In this document: positions 25,024 through 35,468 of the stretch, in pieces | Layout: each line of letters opens with the position of its first letter | Numbering within the stretch: position 1 is the first letter of the stretch | Assembly (NCBI GenBank): GCA_028688055.1 | Contig: JAQTYZ010000002.1 | Location: 4,256-68,255, forward strand | Length of the DNA stretch: 64,000 nt | Reading direction: 5' to 3' | Source of the DNA: Patescibacteria group bacterium | GTDB lineage: Bacteria > Patescibacteriota > Patescibacteriia > Buchananbacterales > UBA6539 | Translations under genes and position numbers: made by a program | Notes under the pieces: model-generated | The model's database searches: none | The model's input: only the letters and a program-made list of their open reading frames with translations | Told to the model about the DNA's origin: nothing

Positions 25024-26162
25024 TTTTCCTGGATCCCCAAAATACTAAGCATAAACGAAGAAAATATTGTTTGCAGTCCTACCACCATAAAAGTTAGAGC
25101 CATAATAGAATTTTTAATTTCTTCCAGTGCCCCAAAATTATTTTGATACCACTTCCAAAAAATAAAAACAAAAATTATACTGCCCAAAATAACCAAGGCC
25201 GTTCCCAGCAGACTGGCTTTTTCGATGGTTATATGACGCTGAATGAAATTAATTATTTTACTACTGTCGCCTAAATGAATTATCGCGTAAGTTTTGGCAA
25301 ATAAAGCAAAAAACATTAGCTGATAACCGCTGATAATTAAAATCAATCCCAAAAACATCGGGTGGTAGCTAAAGTGCCGGCCAAATAAAAATGGAAAATT
25401 ACCGTAGATCCAAAATGTTATTACTAAACCTAAGCTAAAAAATATCAACCCTGGGACTAAAAATAAAAACAGGGGACTGTACAAGAGCATAAAACGTAGA
25501 TGCCGCCAACCGTCGGCTAGCGGTTTTAGTTTTGACTTTCCTTTTCTCGAATGATAGCTGATTGGCAATTCGCTAATTTGGAGGTTTTTTTTCACCGCCT
25601 GAATAACCATTTCCGAAGCAAATTCCATCCCACTAGTGTAAAGGGTAATTTGATTCAAGGCCTGACGACTAATTGCGCGCAGACCGCAATGGACGTCGGT
25701 GACCTGGGCGTGAAATAAAAATCGTAGTATTGATGACAACAAGGGGTTGCCAATATAACGATGAAGCCACGGCATTGATCCAGTTTCGATTTTACCACCA
25801 AAACGATTCCCAATCACAAAATCACTACCAGCCGTTAACTTATTAATAAAATTTGGTATTTCCCTAAAATCATAACTGCCGTCGGCATCAGCCAAAAAAA
25901 TATATTGACCACAAGCAGCGGCCAACCCCTGACGGCAGGCAACACCATAACCTTCACAGTCATGCTTAATTAAAACCGCCCCATAGCGCCGCGCAATCTC
26001 CGGCGACTGGTCGGACGATGAATCAGAGACGATAATTTCACCAACTAAATTTGATAATTTAAAAACTTCAATAATTTGTTCGAGACATGCCGGCAAGGCG
26101 GCCATTTCATTGCGGCAAGGCAAAACTACACTAACATCAATTTTTTCCGGTTGATTATCCAT
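25020..26162 (-). CDS. GT2 polyprenyl-phosphate glycosyltransferase with C-terminal TM helices
   Basis: VSVVLPCRNE, DADGSYD, IGNRF, D.HCGLR, GMEFASEM. Confidence 0.88.
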   Translation of the reverse strand: MDNQPEKIDVSVVLPCRNEMAALPACLEQIIEVFKLSNLVGEIIVSDSSSDQSPEIARRYGAVLIKHDCEGYGVACRQGLAAACGQYIFLADADGSYDFREIPNFINKLTAGSDFVIGNRFGGKIETGSMPWLHRYIGNPLLSSILRFLFHAQVTDVHCGLRAISRQALNQITLYTSGMEFASEMVIQAVKKNLQISELPISYHSRKGKSKLKPLADGWRHLRFMLLYSPLFLFLVPGLIFFSLGLVITFWIYGNFPFLFGRHFSYHPMFLGLILIISGYQLMFFALFAKTYAIIHLGDSSKIINFIQRHITIEKASLLGTALVILGSIIFVFIFWKWYQNNFGALEEIKNSIMALTFMVVGLQTIFSSFMLSILGIQEK

Positions 26163-27645
26163 TATTTATACGGTAAATATAATTACCATCTTCCTGATAA
26201 ATAAGGTTAAAACCGCAGTTAAGGTTGAACGGAGACAAGATATATTTAACTTGTTCAGTTTTGATAATATCAAGCTTGCTCTGACAAGTATTGTTAAGAA
26301 AAAACCTTTCGACGATGGTTCGATCGCCATAAAATACCAAGTCACCAACCGGATTGTCGCGCGCCACGGCATAAATGGCAGTTGAAACCATTGGCAACGC
26401 CAAAACTTTTCCCGGTGGCTGTTGGGCTAAAAACTTTAAAGCACGATAATCAGCTTCGGACATTACCTGATATAAATTCAATCTGGTTGGTAATAAGTAA
26501 TAATTACTAAAAATAATTAAGGTGGAAAATAATACCAAAACCGTTGCGACAATTGTTTTTATTACTTGATCGCTAAAATTAAATCGGTGATAATGTTTTA
26601 TTTCATTGGTCACAAAATCAATGGCATAGCCTAAGCCGATTGCGCTTAAATAGGGTAGTGCGAGCACAAAATAATACATATTGCGCTGATATGGGCTCAG
26701 AATCGACACCCCCCAAGCACGATAAAATAATATTAGTGCCAAGACTGTCAACGGCCAGACTAAAAAAAGGGCCAGCTCCCGACTTCGCTTATTAAGATAA
26801 ATAAACACGACGCCAACTACCGCCAACAGATACCCCAGCCAGCTATAAACTTCGACAAAAGAATTTTTAACCTCCAGCACCCCCCAACCATGGTCGAACT
26901 GTAAACTATTGGCCAAGTGCCCCACCAGTTGGGGCCAAGGCACGTTAAGCATGTACTTATAGAACAAAACCCCACCGATTGGGATCACCAAAAAACTCAA
27001 AAAATATTTAAACTCCTTAAAAATAAAGCGAAAATTAATAAGGGAAATAATTAGCAATAACGGAAGAGAAAATAATACGGAGAGCGAATGGGTGGGAACC
27101 AAAAAAATCATGATACCCAAGGACCAAAAAATATACTTAATATTTTTAACCTCGAGACCCTTGGCATAAAAATGAAGATACAAATAAACTAATGGGATGG
27201 AAAATGTTAAGGGCGTAAAAAACCAAAAGCCGGTTAAATTAACATTAGATTTGATCGACGCCAAAAATACGACTGCCAGCCACGAAATAAAAAAATTATG
27301 TTTTGATCTTTCCCAAACAACATAAAAAAGAGCGGCGGCCGATAAAACGGCCCATAAGGCCGGCAAGTATTGATAGACTAAAATTAAATTTACGACGAAG
27401 GAAAGTAAAAAAAGAATGGCCTGAAAACCCATTTCCATTCCATTAAATCGCTTAAAACCTTCCGAGCGCAAAACTTCAAAATATTCACCATAATTACCGA
27501 GCCTTAAACCCTGAGAAATATGATGCCATTCGTCGACGTGGTAAGGAAAATGATAAGTAAAATGAGGAACATAGACTAAAATAAAAACTGCCAGTAAGGT
27601 ACCCGCTAATACCGCCGCTTGTTTTGGACTCAACTTTGTTGGCAT
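26155..27645 (-). CDS. Polytopic membrane protein, probable GT-C glycosyltransferase
   Basis: PYHVDEWHH acidic loop after TM1, multiple TMs, soluble C-terminal domain. Confidence 0.6.
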   Translation of the reverse strand: MPTKLSPKQAAVLAGTLLAVFILVYVPHFTYHFPYHVDEWHHISQGLRLGNYGEYFEVLRSEGFKRFNGMEMGFQAILFLLSFVVNLILVYQYLPALWAVLSAAALFYVVWERSKHNFFISWLAVVFLASIKSNVNLTGFWFFTPLTFSIPLVYLYLHFYAKGLEVKNIKYIFWSLGIMIFLVPTHSLSVLFSLPLLLIISLINFRFIFKEFKYFLSFLVIPIGGVLFYKYMLNVPWPQLVGHLANSLQFDHGWGVLEVKNSFVEVYSWLGYLLAVVGVVFIYLNKRSRELALFLVWPLTVLALILFYRAWGVSILSPYQRNMYYFVLALPYLSAIGLGYAIDFVTNEIKHYHRFNFSDQVIKTIVATVLVLFSTLIIFSNYYLLPTRLNLYQVMSEADYRALKFLAQQPPGKVLALPMVSTAIYAVARDNPVGDLVFYGDRTIVERFFLNNTCQSKLDIIKTEQVKYILSPFNLNCGFNLIYQEDGNYIYRINNG

Positions 27646-27784
27646 AGGTCAAAAAACCTTAAATTACCTTATTATTATAAGGTTTTTTTACTATCTTGTC
27701 CATTTACCAATGAGCCAAACAATCAAAAAAATTTATTTAATAACACCAAGTCGACCAACCATAGCAACAACTAATATTGTTTAT

Positions 27785-27816
27785 AAAAAACACCCCGCAA
27801 CAGCGGGGTGTTTTTT
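27785..27816. terminator. Intrinsic terminator of khpA (potentially bidirectional)
   Basis: A6-CACCCCGC-aaca-GCGGGGTG-T6. Confidence 0.85.
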
Positions 27817-27827
27817 CAAAATCTAAA

Positions 27828-28142
27828 TTAGATTCTCAAATCGTCGATGACTGAAGTGTCAGTTTCGACTGACTGAGGTTTTCGTGAACCTTCCGGCTCA
27901 TGAATTTTTAGGTTGACTCGAGCGTTATTCTTCGCCCCGACAATTTTTAGTAGGGTTCGAATAGCACGAGCGGTCTGGCCTTGACGGCCAATGACGTAAC
28001 CCATGTCGGCTGGATTAAGATGAAGAGTAATCAATACCCCCATCTCATCGACAGTCCGGTCTGTCTTAACGTCGTCAGGATTAGCCACAATGGCTCTGAC
28101 AATCAATTCGACAAACTCTTGATCTGTGTACTTTTCTGCCAT
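27828..28142 (-). CDS. khpA: KH-domain RNA-binding protein KhpA
   Basis: DMGYVIGRQGQTARAIRTLL; lies next to rpsP. Confidence 0.92.
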   Translation of the reverse strand: MAEKYTDQEFVELIVRAIVANPDDVKTDRTVDEMGVLITLHLNPADMGYVIGRQGQTARAIRTLLKIVGAKNNARVNLKIHEPEGSRKPQSVETDTSVIDDLRI

Positions 28143-28313
28143 ATTTCACTCTGTGTATCACTTCCGATAAAAACCGAAAAGTGAATTACTTTCATAACCA
28201 CCAGTACTGCCGACCTCTAGACAACCTGATCTGGGTTGCCAAAATACAGTCTGGTACCAGTTCCCTTAATTTAAGGAACATTCAAAATATAACACACATA
28301 ACTATTTTGTCAA
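28143..28313 (-). promoter_or_regulatory. khpA promoter and ~135-nt multi-hairpin 5' leader
   Basis: TTGACA 28313-28308, TG-t-TATATT 28294-28286; stems at 28260-28279, 28200-28255 (enclosing 28220-28240) and 28158-28184. Confidence 0.5.
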
Positions 28314-28315
28314 TA

Positions 28316-28352
28316 AATAAAACAACGCGACATTAATCGCGTTATTTTATTT
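28316..28352 (-). terminator. Probable terminator after rpsP
   Basis: AATAAAAC-AACGCGA..TCGCGTT-ATTTTATT inverted repeat. Confidence 0.55.
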
Positions 28353-28362
28353 ATAATTGAAG

Positions 28363-28842
28363 TTAAACTGCTTCTTTTTCCTCGGCAACGGTTTCCACTT
28401 TTAATTCAGCGGCGTCAGCTTCTTTGGTCGCTACCGCAACCTCAGGTTCTGCAACTTTTACCTCCGCCGGGGTTTCTTCAACCACTGGCGTAGGGGCAAC
28501 CGCAACAACTTCGGCTGGCTTTTCAACAACTGCTGTGGCCGGCGCGACGGGTGCCTCGGCTTCAGCTGGTTTTTTCTTACCAGGTTTGGAAGCCTTAACC
28601 TTGTCGGCAGTCAAGACATTTTGATCAACCAACATATTATGAACTGTTGGCGACGGCTGGGCTCCTTTGCCAATCCAATAAAGCGTCCGATCTTTATCAA
28701 TTTCGGTCACTTTACTAAACGGATTATAGTGCCCCAAAATTTCCAACGCTTTGCCATAGGTATCTTTAGTTGAGTCGGAAACAACAAAACGATAACTAGG
28801 TCTTTTCTTCTTGCCAACTCGGGCTAGTCTAATTTTAAGCAT
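28363..28842 (-). CDS. rpsP: 30S ribosomal protein S16 with Ala/Glu/Pro-rich tail
   Basis: MLKIRLARVGKKKRPSYR...GAQPSPTV; true start likely ATG 28842. Confidence 0.97.
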   Translation of the reverse strand: MLKIRLARVGKKKRPSYRFVVSDSTKDTYGKALEILGHYNPFSKVTEIDKDRTLYWIGKGAQPSPTVHNMLVDQNVLTADKVKASKPGKKKPAEAEAPVAPATAVVEKPAEVVAVAPTPVVEETPAEVKVAEPEVAVATKEADAAELKVETVAEEKEAV

Positions 28843-28965
28843 AAAAAAATATCTATTAATGATTAATGACGCCATTTAATGCCGGCGTCGTGAGCACGAC
28901 CTTTACCTTATCAAATAGATATAAGGTATTAACGATTATTACACAATTGCCAAAATTAGTCAACG

Positions 28966-31305
28966 CTACTGACGGACGACGCGTTCGGCTTCTTCCAATT
29001 TCAAACTGATTAATTTCGATATTCCTTCATCACCCATGGTCACCCCATATAAAATACTAGCCTGATGCATCGTGGCGCGATTGTGAGTAATAACAATAAA
29101 TTGCGTTTTGTGAGCCAGCTCGCGAACAATTTTGGCAAAACGCTGTGAGTTGGCTTCGTCCAAGGCCGCATCCACTTCGTCCAAAATCACAAATGGTGAT
29201 GGGTTATTATAAATGACCGCGCAAATCAAAGCAATCGAGGCCAATGATCGTTCACCGCCCGAAAGCATACTAATGGCTGAAACTTTTTTGCCCGGCGGTG
29301 TCGCAATAATATCAATGCCCGTGATTACTTTACCGGTACGCTTTTTCAAAAAACGTTTTGGCGACAATCTTTCTTCCGCTGCCTCAAGCGTTTTTAAAAT
29401 GCCTGGTTTAAATTCAGGCTCACTTTCAGTTTCAGCCTCAGCTTTACCACCGGTAACTGACTTAGGGTCCGCTTCATCTTTAATCAAAACCAATTCCGCC
29501 TTGCCACCATTAAACAAAATTTTGAAAAACTTAGTAAACTCGTGATTGATGTGTTTAAAGGAAGTGTCAAACTGCTGTTGAATTTGCTCATCAAGCTCAT
29601 TAATAACTTGCTCCAAGTCGTTAATTGATTTTCTGAGATCATCACCTTGCTCGGTCAAAAAATCAAATCGCTCTTTAGTCTGCTCGTACTCACCGACAAT
29701 TTCCGGGTCGACGCCGCCAATTAATTCCAACTGGTGCTTCAACTGATTAATTTCCGACCGCAGAGCCCCTTCGTCGATCTTCTCAACCGGATAATTTTTA
29801 AGCCACGCTAAGTCGCCGGTTTCCTGCCTAATTTCCGCTGACAAATCCTGCTGTCTGGTTTCCAAGCGCGCCATCTCAACGCGCAAACTCGAAATCTCAC
29901 TGGCCAACTTATTGTACTCTTCCTGCTTCACCGTAATCTGGCGCTGCAAATCAAAAAACTTTCCCTTTTTCTTTTCTTCGGCGGCATTAAAATTCTCAAT
30001 CGCGGTGCGCGCGGCAACCAACCGCTGGTCCACCCCCTCCAGATCAGCGGTTACCCCCTTGAGATCAACTAAAATTTCAGGATCAATCTCATTTTTAATT
30101 TCCGACTTAACTTTTGGATTCTCCAACTGTTCCACCAAATCTTTTAATAACCGGCCAATTTCTCTGGCATCTTCACGCGCCTGCGCCAACTCCGCGGCCG
30201 TACCAGCGACCAAATTTTTTGTTAAGCTAACCTCTAATAAATCAAGCTCTTTTAAACGGCGCAAAATCTCAGGCAAAGCCATCGGAACCGGTTTATCCGT
30301 TAAGCGCTGTTTGGCCAGCTCAATTTTATTTTGCAAAATTAATTGCTCCTCACGGAGCTTATTTTTTTCATCCAAAATTTTCTGGTGGGCTTGCTGTAAA
30401 TCATTAAAAACCTTACTGCGCGAATCCTGATTTTCTAGCGAGCGCAAGTGTGACTGCAAATCGTGAAGTTCTTTCGCCTTGACTAGCAGCTTACTTTCGC
30501 CGCTAACCAGCCTAGGTTTTACTTCCTTGGTTTTGCTTTCTAAATCGGCCCATAAAAAACCATAATATTTCCGTGAGGCTTCGGTTAATTCCGCCTCAAC
30601 TTTGGCGCGACGCTCCAACCGCTTTACCTGACGCGTGAGGGAATTCAACCGCGGCGTAATTTCGGTCAACAGCGCATCAACTTGCCGTAAATTATTCCAC
30701 GCATTTTCCAACTTATTAATTGATTGATCGCGCTTAAGCTGGAATTGCTTAACGCCAACGGCCTCGTCAAAATATTCTTTACGTTCATTGGGCGTTGCCA
30801 TAATCACCTGATCAATGGAGCCTTGCGATACAATCGAATAACTTTTTTGGCCAAAATTTGATTTTGCTAACAGCAATAATACATCTTGTAACCTGACTTT
30901 ACTTTTATTGATGATATATTCACTTTCGCCATTGCGATAAAGTTTGCGCGAAATCACCACTTCCTGAAAATCAACCGGCATCGCGCCATCCTCATTATTA
31001 ACATGCAGCGACACTTGGGCCATCCCTAACCTAGCTTTTTTGTCGGAGCCGGAAAAAATAACATCTTCGGATTTTTTTCCTCGCAAACTTTTCAAGCTCT
31101 GCTCGCCCAAGACCCAACGAATCGCGTCGACGATGTTCGACTTGCCTGAACCATTCGGTCCGACAATACAAGCAACACCGGCAATGACGCCATTGCCGGC
31201 GCTGGTTTGAGTCATTGGCCGGTCCGGCCGCGGAAACTCAAGCGTGACTTTTTGGGCAAATGATTTAAAGCCCTGAATTTCAATTTTTTGTAGAAACATA
31301 AACAA
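28966..31305 (-). CDS. smc: Short SMC-family chromosome segregation ATPase
   Basis: [34 protein letters not shown]; only 779 aa. Confidence 0.9.
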   Translation of the reverse strand: MFMFLQKIEIQGFKSFAQKVTLEFPRPDRPMTQTSAGNGVIAGVACIVGPNGSGKSNIVDAIRWVLGEQSLKSLRGKKSEDVIFSGSDKKARLGMAQVSLHVNNEDGAMPVDFQEVVISRKLYRNGESEYIINKSKVRLQDVLLLLAKSNFGQKSYSIVSQGSIDQVIMATPNERKEYFDEAVGVKQFQLKRDQSINKLENAWNNLRQVDALLTEITPRLNSLTRQVKRLERRAKVEAELTEASRKYYGFLWADLESKTKEVKPRLVSGESKLLVKAKELHDLQSHLRSLENQDSRSKVFNDLQQAHQKILDEKNKLREEQLILQNKIELAKQRLTDKPVPMALPEILRRLKELDLLEVSLTKNLVAGTAAELAQAREDAREIGRLLKDLVEQLENPKVKSEIKNEIDPEILVDLKGVTADLEGVDQRLVAARTAIENFNAAEEKKKGKFFDLQRQITVKQEEYNKLASEISSLRVEMARLETRQQDLSAEIRQETGDLAWLKNYPVEKIDEGALRSEINQLKHQLELIGGVDPEIVGEYEQTKERFDFLTEQGDDLRKSINDLEQVINELDEQIQQQFDTSFKHINHEFTKFFKILFNGGKAELVLIKDEADPKSVTGGKAEAETESEPEFKPGILKTLEAAEERLSPKRFLKKRTGKVITGIDIIATPPGKKVSAISMLSGGERSLASIALICAVIYNNPSPFVILDEVDAALDEANSQRFAKIVRELAHKTQFIVITHNRATMHQASILYGVTMGDEGISKLISLKLEEAERVVRQ

Positions 31306-31419
31306 AAATATTGTATCACGCTAATTGACTAAAAACAATAATATTTATCGGACCGATTATCAAAGCTGCCCCATAAATTTCACTGCTGGCCGCCCTAATA
31401 CCAATGAAGGGCTATTTTA

Positions 31420-31486
31420 TTGACAGTCCTTGTTTGATAAACTAGCATATACCTACTGGTTTATTTTGGGCCCAACCACTGGAGGA
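31420..31486 (+). promoter_or_regulatory. Promoter and SD of dapA
   Basis: TTGACA 31420-31425, 17 bp, TAGCAT; GGAGGA 31481-31486. Confidence 0.55.
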
Positions 31487-31495
31487 GAATGAACA

Positions 31496-32563
31496 TTGTC
31501 AACAAAAAAACTTGGCGGAGTTTTAACCGCCCTGGTAACGCCATTTGATGGCAAAGGCGGGGTTGATAGGGAAGCCCTGCGTCGGCTGATTGATTTTCAG
31601 CTTAAGCAAGGCGTTGATGGTCTGGTGCCAACCGGTACCACTGGCGAATCGCCAACGCTGACGTGGCCAGAACAGCTACAAGTTATCCAACTCACGCGGC
31701 AAAGCGCCGGCAACACCTTTGTCTTGGCCGGCACCGGTAGCAACTCCACCAAAGAAGCTTTGGACCACTCGCGCAAGGCCGTCGAGCTTGGCGTTGATGG
31801 AGTATTATCACTTGACGCGTACTATAACAAACCGGCTTCGTGGCAATTACTAGCTCTTCATCACTTGCCAATCGCGACTGCCGTCCACCAAGTAGCGCCG
31901 GGTATTCGTTATGTCCCGTACATTATTCCCGGGCGTACCGGCTGCCAACTGTTACCGCCGGACTTAGCCAAGCTGGCCGAATACTCGCCCAATGTCACGG
32001 CCGTCAAGGAAGCCACCGGTAACCTTGAAAATATGGTCCTAACCCGTCAACTGCTTGGGCTAGACTTTTTGGTTCTGAGCGGCGACGACAGCCTAACCGC
32101 AGCGATGATGACTTCAATGATGATCCGCGCTAATGGCGTAATCTCGGTTATGAGCAACCTCATTCCTGGCATCATGGTCAAAATGATCCGACTGCTTAGC
32201 GGGGCAAATGTTCTAGCGGGTGGTATTCTAGCCAAAACACTCGAGCCACTATTTAGCTGCGTGGGCATTGCCGCGCCGCGATCATTCGACGTCAATGGCC
32301 AAAGTTACACGGTAACAGACAAGTTCCCCAATCCGTGTGCGGTCAAAACCATGATGGCCGGTCTGGGTATGTGCTCGATTCACATGCGCCAACCGCTGGG
32401 ACTAATGACACCAGCAGCCGTCCTCATTTGCCGCGATACCCTGCGACAGCTTTGGCAGACGCTGCCCGAAGCGCTGACGCCGATCAACGATCACTTCGGT
32501 GTCGACGTGGAGGCGCGCCTTCACGACAATGCCATTTGGAAAAGTCTCGGCGCCAACATCTAG
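31496..32563 (+). CDS. dapA: 4-hydroxy-tetrahydrodipicolinate synthase (DapA family)
   Basis: GTTGESPTL, GTGSNST, YYNKP, Y..PGRTG, VKEATG, SGDD. Confidence 0.88.
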   Translation: MSTKKLGGVLTALVTPFDGKGGVDREALRRLIDFQLKQGVDGLVPTGTTGESPTLTWPEQLQVIQLTRQSAGNTFVLAGTGSNSTKEALDHSRKAVELGVDGVLSLDAYYNKPASWQLLALHHLPIATAVHQVAPGIRYVPYIIPGRTGCQLLPPDLAKLAEYSPNVTAVKEATGNLENMVLTRQLLGLDFLVLSGDDSLTAAMMTSMMIRANGVISVMSNLIPGIMVKMIRLLSGANVLAGGILAKTLEPLFSCVGIAAPRSFDVNGQSYTVTDKFPNPCAVKTMMAGLGMCSIHMRQPLGLMTPAAVLICRDTLRQLWQTLPEALTPINDHFGVDVEARLHDNAIWKSLGANI

Positions 32564-32584
32564 CGCCATGGCGTAAACTCCAAC

Positions 32585-32621
32585 AGCGCACTGCCGACCC
32601 CCGTCCCGGTGCGCTTTTTTT
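32585..32621 (+). terminator. Intrinsic terminator after dapA
   Basis: AGCGCACTG/CGGTGCGCT stem plus T run. Confidence 0.7.
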
Positions 32622-32651
32622 ATCCCCAAGTATTAATGTTATAATGAATTT

Positions 32652-35375
32652 ATGTCCAAAACTGCCGAAAAATTTGTCGTGATCGATGGCAACGCTTTAA
32701 TTCATCGCGCCTGGCACGCCTTACCGCCCACGATGACGACCAAAGACGGTACGATGACCAATGCCGTTTATGGCTTCACCACGATTTTGCTTAAAGTTTT
32801 AAAAGACTTGAAGCCCGATTATCTCGCGGTCACTTTTGACCTCAAGGGTCCAACTTTTCGCCACCGACAATACGCCGCCTACAAGGCCACGCGCGTCAAA
32901 CAAGCTGATGAACTTTACGAACAATTTCCGCTGGTGAAAAAAGTGGTCCGCGCTTTTAATATCCCAATTTTTGAACTAGCGGGTTATGAAGCGGACGACG
33001 TTATTGCCACCTTAGTTCGTCATCCCGACGTTGAAAAAATAAAATCACTGATTGTCAGTGGTGACCTCGATACCCTGCAACTCGTTGACGACAACACCGA
33101 AGTTTATACCATGCAAAAAGGCATTGCCGATACTTTTATTTATAATACCGCTGAAGTTAAGCGCCGCTTTGACGGCCTGACGCCGGCCCAAATGGTTGAC
33201 TACAAAGCTTTGCGTGGCGATCCGTCAGACAATATTCCGGGGGTTAAAGGTATTGGCGAAAAGGGCGCGATTAATTTGCTTAAAGAATTTAAAACGCTGG
33301 AGAATCTTTACCAAAATATTAACTCAAAAAAAATCTCGGAGCGCAATCGCCAACTACTAATCGAACACCAACCAGAGGCCACCATGTCCAAACAGCTAGC
33401 CCAAATGGACAATCACGCTCCGATCAAATTTTCCTTAGACGAGACTAAAATTAAACCTTACGATTTAGACCAAGTTGTCACGTTATTTCGCGAACTTGAA
33501 TTCAAATCCCTAATCGCCAAGTTGCCCAAGGAAACGCCTGACCGCGAACAACAGGGCGTCTTTCAATTTGGCCCGGCTGAACGTAAAATTAAAGCTACTG
33601 ATGTCGACTACCAACTCATTAAAAACAATGCCGACTTCAAAAAATTTCTGGCTGAACTGAAAAAACAAAAAATCTTTGTTTTAGATACGGAGACTTCCAG
33701 CTTAGATCAATTTTCCGCCGAACTGCTCGGCATCAGTTTTTGTTGGCAGCACGGCCAGGCTTTTTATTTACCGGCCAAACCGGAATGGCTGGAGCAAATC
33801 AGAACAATTTTGGAAAACGACCAGCTTAAAAAAGCCGGACACAATATCAAGTTTGACCTTGAAGCCATCAACACGGCCGGCGTGGAAGTTAAAGGCGTTT
33901 GGTTTGACACGATGATTGCTTCCTATTTGGTTAATCCCGGTAGCCGCCAACATAACCTCGACGGCGTAGTATTTTCTGAACTTGGCTATCAAATGCAGCC
34001 CATTGAAGACTTAATTGGTAAAGGCAAAAATCAAATTTCCCTCAAAGCTGTTGACGTCCAAAGAGTCAGTGACTACTCCTGTGAAGACGCCGATTTTACT
34101 TGGCGCTTAATTAAACCGCTCACCAAAGAACTGGTTGAAAAAAATAATTTAGGGCTACTGGAAAAAATTGAAGTGCCCCTAATTTCGGTTTTGGCCCAAA
34201 TGGAAACCACTGGTATTTTAATTGACACCAAATTTCTTAACCGTATGGCCAAACAAGTTGGGGTTGAGCTTAACGACCTCGAAGACACTATTTATAAAAT
34301 TTCTAAAACGACTTTTAACATCGCTTCACCGTTACAATTAAAAGAGGTGCTGTTTACTAAATTAAAAATTTCAACGCAAGGGTTGGGCCGTACCAAAACC
34401 GGCGTTTCCACCGCCGCCGGTGAACTGGAAAAACTTAAAGGCCAACACGAAATTATTGATCACCTCATCAGGTTCCGCGAGTTAGCAAAATTAAAATCAA
34501 CTTACTTGGACGCCTTGCCAAAATTAGTTGATCAAACCGGTCGCATTCATACCAGCTACAACCAAACCGTGGCCGCGACCGGTCGCCTATCTTCATCGGA
34601 CCCAAATTTACAAAATATTCCCATTCGCACTGAGCTGGGACAAAAAATCCGTCAGGCTTTTATTGCGCCCAACGGCTACAGTATTTTATCAGCCGACTAT
34701 TCTCAAATTGAGTTACGCATTATCGCGTCACTGGCCAATGATAAAAAAATGATTGCCAGTTTTGAAAAAGGTGAGGATATCCATTCACGCACCGCGTCGG
34801 AAATCAACAACGTGCCGCTGGACCAAGTCACCAAAGAAATGCGGTACGCCGCCAAAGCTGTCAACTTTGGTATTATCTACGGCCAAGGCGCTTGGGGCTT
34901 AGCCGAAGGCACGGGGATTACCAGACAAAAAGCGATGGATTTTATCGACCGCTATTTTGAGATTCACAGTGCCATTAAAAAATATTTAGACGGCGTTAAA
35001 GATTTAGCGCGCGCCAATGGTTACGTTGAAACTTTTTTCGGCCGTCGACGCTATTTGCCTGAAATCAATTCTTCAATGCAACCAGTACGCGCCGCGGCGG
35101 AGCGCGCGGCCATCAATCACCCAATTCAGGGAACAGCCGCGGACTTGATTAAATTAGCGATGATTGAAATTTATCAAGACTTACCAAAATTTTCGCCCGC
35201 CACCAAAATGTTGCTGCAAGTTCACGACGAATTGGTGTTTGAAGTACCCAATAATGAAATAACCAAGGTGGCAAAATTTGTCGCGGACTATATGGAAAAA
35301 ATTTATAAGCTACGAGCGCCGGTTGAAACCCACGTTTCCGTTGGTCCAAATTGGGGCGAACTAAAGCCGCTTTAA
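32652..35375 (+). CDS. polA: DNA polymerase I
   Basis: 5'-3' exonuclease (IDGN, YEADD, GDPSDNIPG), DTET, ADYSQIELR, KAVNFGIIYG, QVHDEL. Confidence 0.98.
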   Translation: MSKTAEKFVVIDGNALIHRAWHALPPTMTTKDGTMTNAVYGFTTILLKVLKDLKPDYLAVTFDLKGPTFRHRQYAAYKATRVKQADELYEQFPLVKKVVRAFNIPIFELAGYEADDVIATLVRHPDVEKIKSLIVSGDLDTLQLVDDNTEVYTMQKGIADTFIYNTAEVKRRFDGLTPAQMVDYKALRGDPSDNIPGVKGIGEKGAINLLKEFKTLENLYQNINSKKISERNRQLLIEHQPEATMSKQLAQMDNHAPIKFSLDETKIKPYDLDQVVTLFRELEFKSLIAKLPKETPDREQQGVFQFGPAERKIKATDVDYQLIKNNADFKKFLAELKKQKIFVLDTETSSLDQFSAELLGISFCWQHGQAFYLPAKPEWLEQIRTILENDQLKKAGHNIKFDLEAINTAGVEVKGVWFDTMIASYLVNPGSRQHNLDGVVFSELGYQMQPIEDLIGKGKNQISLKAVDVQRVSDYSCEDADFTWRLIKPLTKELVEKNNLGLLEKIEVPLISVLAQMETTGILIDTKFLNRMAKQVGVELNDLEDTIYKISKTTFNIASPLQLKEVLFTKLKISTQGLGRTKTGVSTAAGELEKLKGQHEIIDHLIRFRELAKLKSTYLDALPKLVDQTGRIHTSYNQTVAATGRLSSSDPNLQNIPIRTELGQKIRQAFIAPNGYSILSADYSQIELRIIASLANDKKMIASFEKGEDIHSRTASEINNVPLDQVTKEMRYAAKAVNFGIIYGQGAWGLAEGTGITRQKAMDFIDRYFEIHSAIKKYLDGVKDLARANGYVETFFGRRRYLPEINSSMQPVRAAAERAAINHPIQGTAADLIKLAMIEIYQDLPKFSPATKMLLQVHDELVFEVPNNEITKVAKFVADYMEKIYKLRAPVETHVSVGPNWGELKPL

Positions 35376-35394
35376 GCTTAAGCCGCAATAATCA

Positions 35395-35446
35395 AGCCAT
35401 TTAGTGGCTTTTTATTATTGACAAAAATAGCAAAATCTGCTATTAT
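35395..35446 (+). promoter_or_regulatory. polA terminator-like hairpin followed by a sigma70 promoter
   Basis: AAGCCA/TGGCTT plus T run; TTGACA 35418-35423, 17 bp, TG-c-TATTAT. Confidence 0.65.
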
Positions 35447-35468
35447 TTAAAATCGCCCTTTAATAACC

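Noticed and set aside
11658-27645. Homopolymer phase variation in glycosyltransferases
   Set aside because: A/T runs of 7-9 nt are ubiquitous in this AT-rich DNA and none is associated with a visible frameshift.
28363-28600. Unusual S16 C-terminal extension
   Set aside because: Low-complexity acidic tails on S16 are common in many bacteria.
29213-30430. 110-aa and 172-aa + strand ORFs
   Set aside because: Antisense shadows of smc.
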